From Nemertoderma westbladi (lineage: Eukaryota > Animalia > Xenacoelomorpha): 53,347 bases of DNA. How positions within the stretch are numbered: position 1 is the stretch's first letter; each line of letters opens with the position of its first letter. The stretch lies in NCBI GenBank assembly GCA_032718475.1, contig JAUCBJ010002816.1, positions 1-53,347 on the forward strand, given 5' to 3'. The notes under the pieces were generated by a model, which saw nothing but the letters and a program-made list of their open reading frames with translations, was not told the DNA's origin and made no database searches. A program made the position numbers and the translations under genes. Positions 50,420-53,347 of the stretch are shown here, piece after piece.

Positions 50420-51826
50420 GTTCTAGCACCATTTTTTAACCCTACTTTTGGCACTTTTTTTGAGACGTTTTTTGAAAATTACATTTCATTAAATATTAAT
50501 TGTAACATCTCTATTTTTGATTTAAACCGGTTTTTTGGTGTTAGCAATTGGATGGAATTCATATAAATTGATTTAGAAATTTCAAACTTGTTTTTTTCGG
50601 CGGGTGCTAAATTTTGGTGCCATAGCACCAAATTTTGAAATACAGTATGTCAATTTTGTAAATTGATTGTTTGAAACTTGTTTTTTACGCAAATGGGGTT
50701 TTTTGGGGTTCTGGTTTCGATGAAATATATACGAGTTGCACCAAGCGTATCAAACTTGTATTTTTCGGTGCTGTGTGCAAATTTTGGTGCTAGCACGAAA
50801 TTTTGAAAATCCATTCAATAGATAAAATTGCTTGTGACAATTTATTTCTTGCATTTTAGAGGTTTATGGCTGTTCTGAATTCAATGGAATATATAATTAT
50901 CGAACTAGACATCTCAAACTTGTATTTTTCGGAAGTGCGGGTGCAAAATGTGCCAAATTTTGAAAACCATATCAATTGATTGTGTCATCTTGTTTCTTGC
51001 GTTATACGGGTTTGTTAGGGTTCTGAATTCAATGGAATCAGTAAAAATTTCATAAGAGTTTTCAAACTTGTATTTTTCGCCGGTGGGTGAAAATTGTTGT
51101 GCCAGCACCAAATTTTGGAAAATGAGTAAATTGATCAGTAGATATAGTATCATCTTGTTTCTTGCGTTATACGGGTTTATGAGGGTCTTGAATCCGATGG
51201 AATCAATAAAAACAGCACTGGAGATCGCAAACTTGTACTTTTTGGTGATGGGTGCGAAATTTGGTGCTAGCACCAAAATTTGCCAAACTACGCCGAAAAA
51301 TACAAGTAGCAATGATCTGGCATATTTGAAATGTATTCCATTAGAATCAGCGCCCTAGAAAACCTGAAAATGTGAATTTATAGCATCGTATAAGTGAATT
51401 AAATATTTTGTGTTCTAACTGAAAAGTGCTGGTTACTTGTTTTTTTCATTTTTTTCCTACGCATAGAGGACTAAACAGCCATTTATGGTAATCATATCAT
51501 ATTTAAATATTTTACAATGTATTTTGCGCCCCAGAAATCCTGTATTGAAAAACAATTAGCCGAAAAATGTAACTTTCAAATTTTGTGAAAACTGTGCACT
51601 ACTTGTAATTTTGGTGCTGCAATATTACCACCCCAGTACATTTTTTCGAAAATTGTTTTTTTCGGTCGGATCCAGACTAGTGATACCTACGTACAAACAA
51701 AAAATCAGACGTTTTCGTTAATATTTGTAGATTTTAGAGGGAGAGGTCAATATGACCCCCCCCCCCCCCCCCACCCCCGGTATTTGTACTGTACATCATT
51801 TTATAGCCCGGTACTAATAGGGTTAA
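50420..51826. mobile_element. ~160-bp diverged tandem repeat, probably inside a DNA transposon remnant ending ...TAATAGGG|TTAA
   Basis: CAAACTTGTATTTTTC...GCACCAAATTTTG recurs at ~50583, 50751, 50915, 51063 and 51228; piggyBac-like right end only. Confidence 0.5.
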
Positions 51827-52708
51827 ACAACAACTTTTAACAAAACTTTAAATTAAAATTATTTAGTATTACCCAGGTCAGGATATTTAATAGATTTAAG
51901 ATAAACCCCAAGTAAACGTGACCTACACTTTTAATAATTAAGCATATTACATATTACTTTTAATAACTTAGCCCTCGCTTCAAATTATCAGCTTTATTTT
52001 ACCTAGAGCATAATTTAATGGGATTTCAAATATGAAAATGGCTTGGCGAGATCTGTTTGTATGCATTTTCATAAATTACCTGAAGAAGCCCTGATGGGAG
52101 AAAGTTTGTAATAACTGTTGTTAATAATTCCATTAGTCACCTGAGGTCAACCCGCCCTACACCATAACAAGAACCCCTTCTTAAGTGCTTTAAGGGAGAT
52201 CAAAATTTAAAAAAGTCATAATGTTAAGTCCAGCCACAGGCTGACCAATAGTCAAAGAGACTAGATTATACCGAACATAAAAATGATATTGGATATGAAA
52301 TCACGGACCTCGAAAACCACCATAATGAATATTATAGCTCTGTGGTGTACTTCCTTCATGCCACACGCACACAACCAACCAGACCCCATACAGGCAGTTT
52401 TGTGAATGTTTAAACTTTCAAGGCAATTTTCTCGGAATGAAAGTTTTTCACGCAAAAAACACTACGTTCCTCTTTAACCGTTTTTTGTAATTTTCGCTTC
52501 ATATGACAGGTAATTTAAATAAACTTCGTCAAATTTCGGGCAGTTTTTTTTATTTCATAATATTTCCTCGTCCCCAAGTTTTTTTTGTTTATGCAACCAC
52601 ATTGAGTTATTTACAAATAAAACCGAGGTGCTGTTGCCCCCCCCAATTTGAGCATTAAATTTATACAATTAACAATATAACAATACACCGCAACTGACAG
52701 ACTTGCAG

Positions 52709-52795
52709 TGTTTTGTCATTGTGACATTTGTTTTGTCATTGTGACATTTGTTTTGTCATTGTGACATTTGTTTTGTTATTGTGACATTTGTTTTT
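52709..52795. repeat. 20-bp tandem repeat, 4 copies, with a TGTCA-TTG-TGACA palindrome
   Basis: Read directly. Confidence 0.9.
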
Positions 52796-53347
52796 GCATT
52801 GTATCGTGTATTTACATGCAGGTTGTACAATGCAAAAAGACCGTAAGTACAAAAAATAACCCTGAAGTCAAAATATTAATGGAAAGTGAAAACGTAGAAT
52901 CACGTAGAAAAATTTCCCACCCCCAATTGCGTAGGGTTATTAAAAATTAGTAATTTACGGACATTTTAAACCAACAATCTGAAGGCAAACACTAATTTGC
53001 GTTTTACTCGAAATGACTTTTTGTGACTTGCGGTCTTTTTACATTGCACGGCAGTAACAGTCTTAGTTTATACTAAATACTGAAATACAGAAACCATCGA
53101 CTATTGTTAATTTGACCCTGAATGCCTAATTTGTAAAAAGGAACGCCACTTGTTCTGCTAGGTCTTTTCATGTCCAACTACGTTACATGGTGGACTGGAC
53201 ATGTCTCAAGTGTAACGCTATTGATTGTGACAGCGTTACATGATGGACATTGAAGACATTTTTCATTAGCATGGCGTTGACTATAGTCTGTTTTGAAACT
53301 ATATTAAAATAAAATATGTGATTCGATAGATCTGCGATTGCTCTTTC

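Overview
AT-rich, repeat-dense animal (invertebrate-like) nuclear DNA. It holds the 5' end of one decayed BEL/Pao LTR retrotransposon (1-2744) next to a 45-bp satellite. A complete 17.8-kb BEL/Pao element (6610-24431, minus strand, ~2-kb LTRs, TAATG target duplication) sits inside a (TAATG)n microsatellite. Other repeats are a 41-bp satellite, a Sola1-like DNA transposon, several MITEs and LINE fragments. Host content is a TRAF-type RING exon, scattered decayed exons and two single-exon O-methyltransferase CDSs (a class II/ASMT-like enzyme and COQ3). Most notable: neither BEL element has a tRNA primer-binding site. In both, the 9-10 nt right after the 5' LTR are perfectly complementary to a sequence inside their own LTR, suggesting self-priming. 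The complete element also carries an extra ~1050-codon ORF encoding a DEDDy 3'-5' exonuclease plus three CCHC zinc knuckles where env would be.
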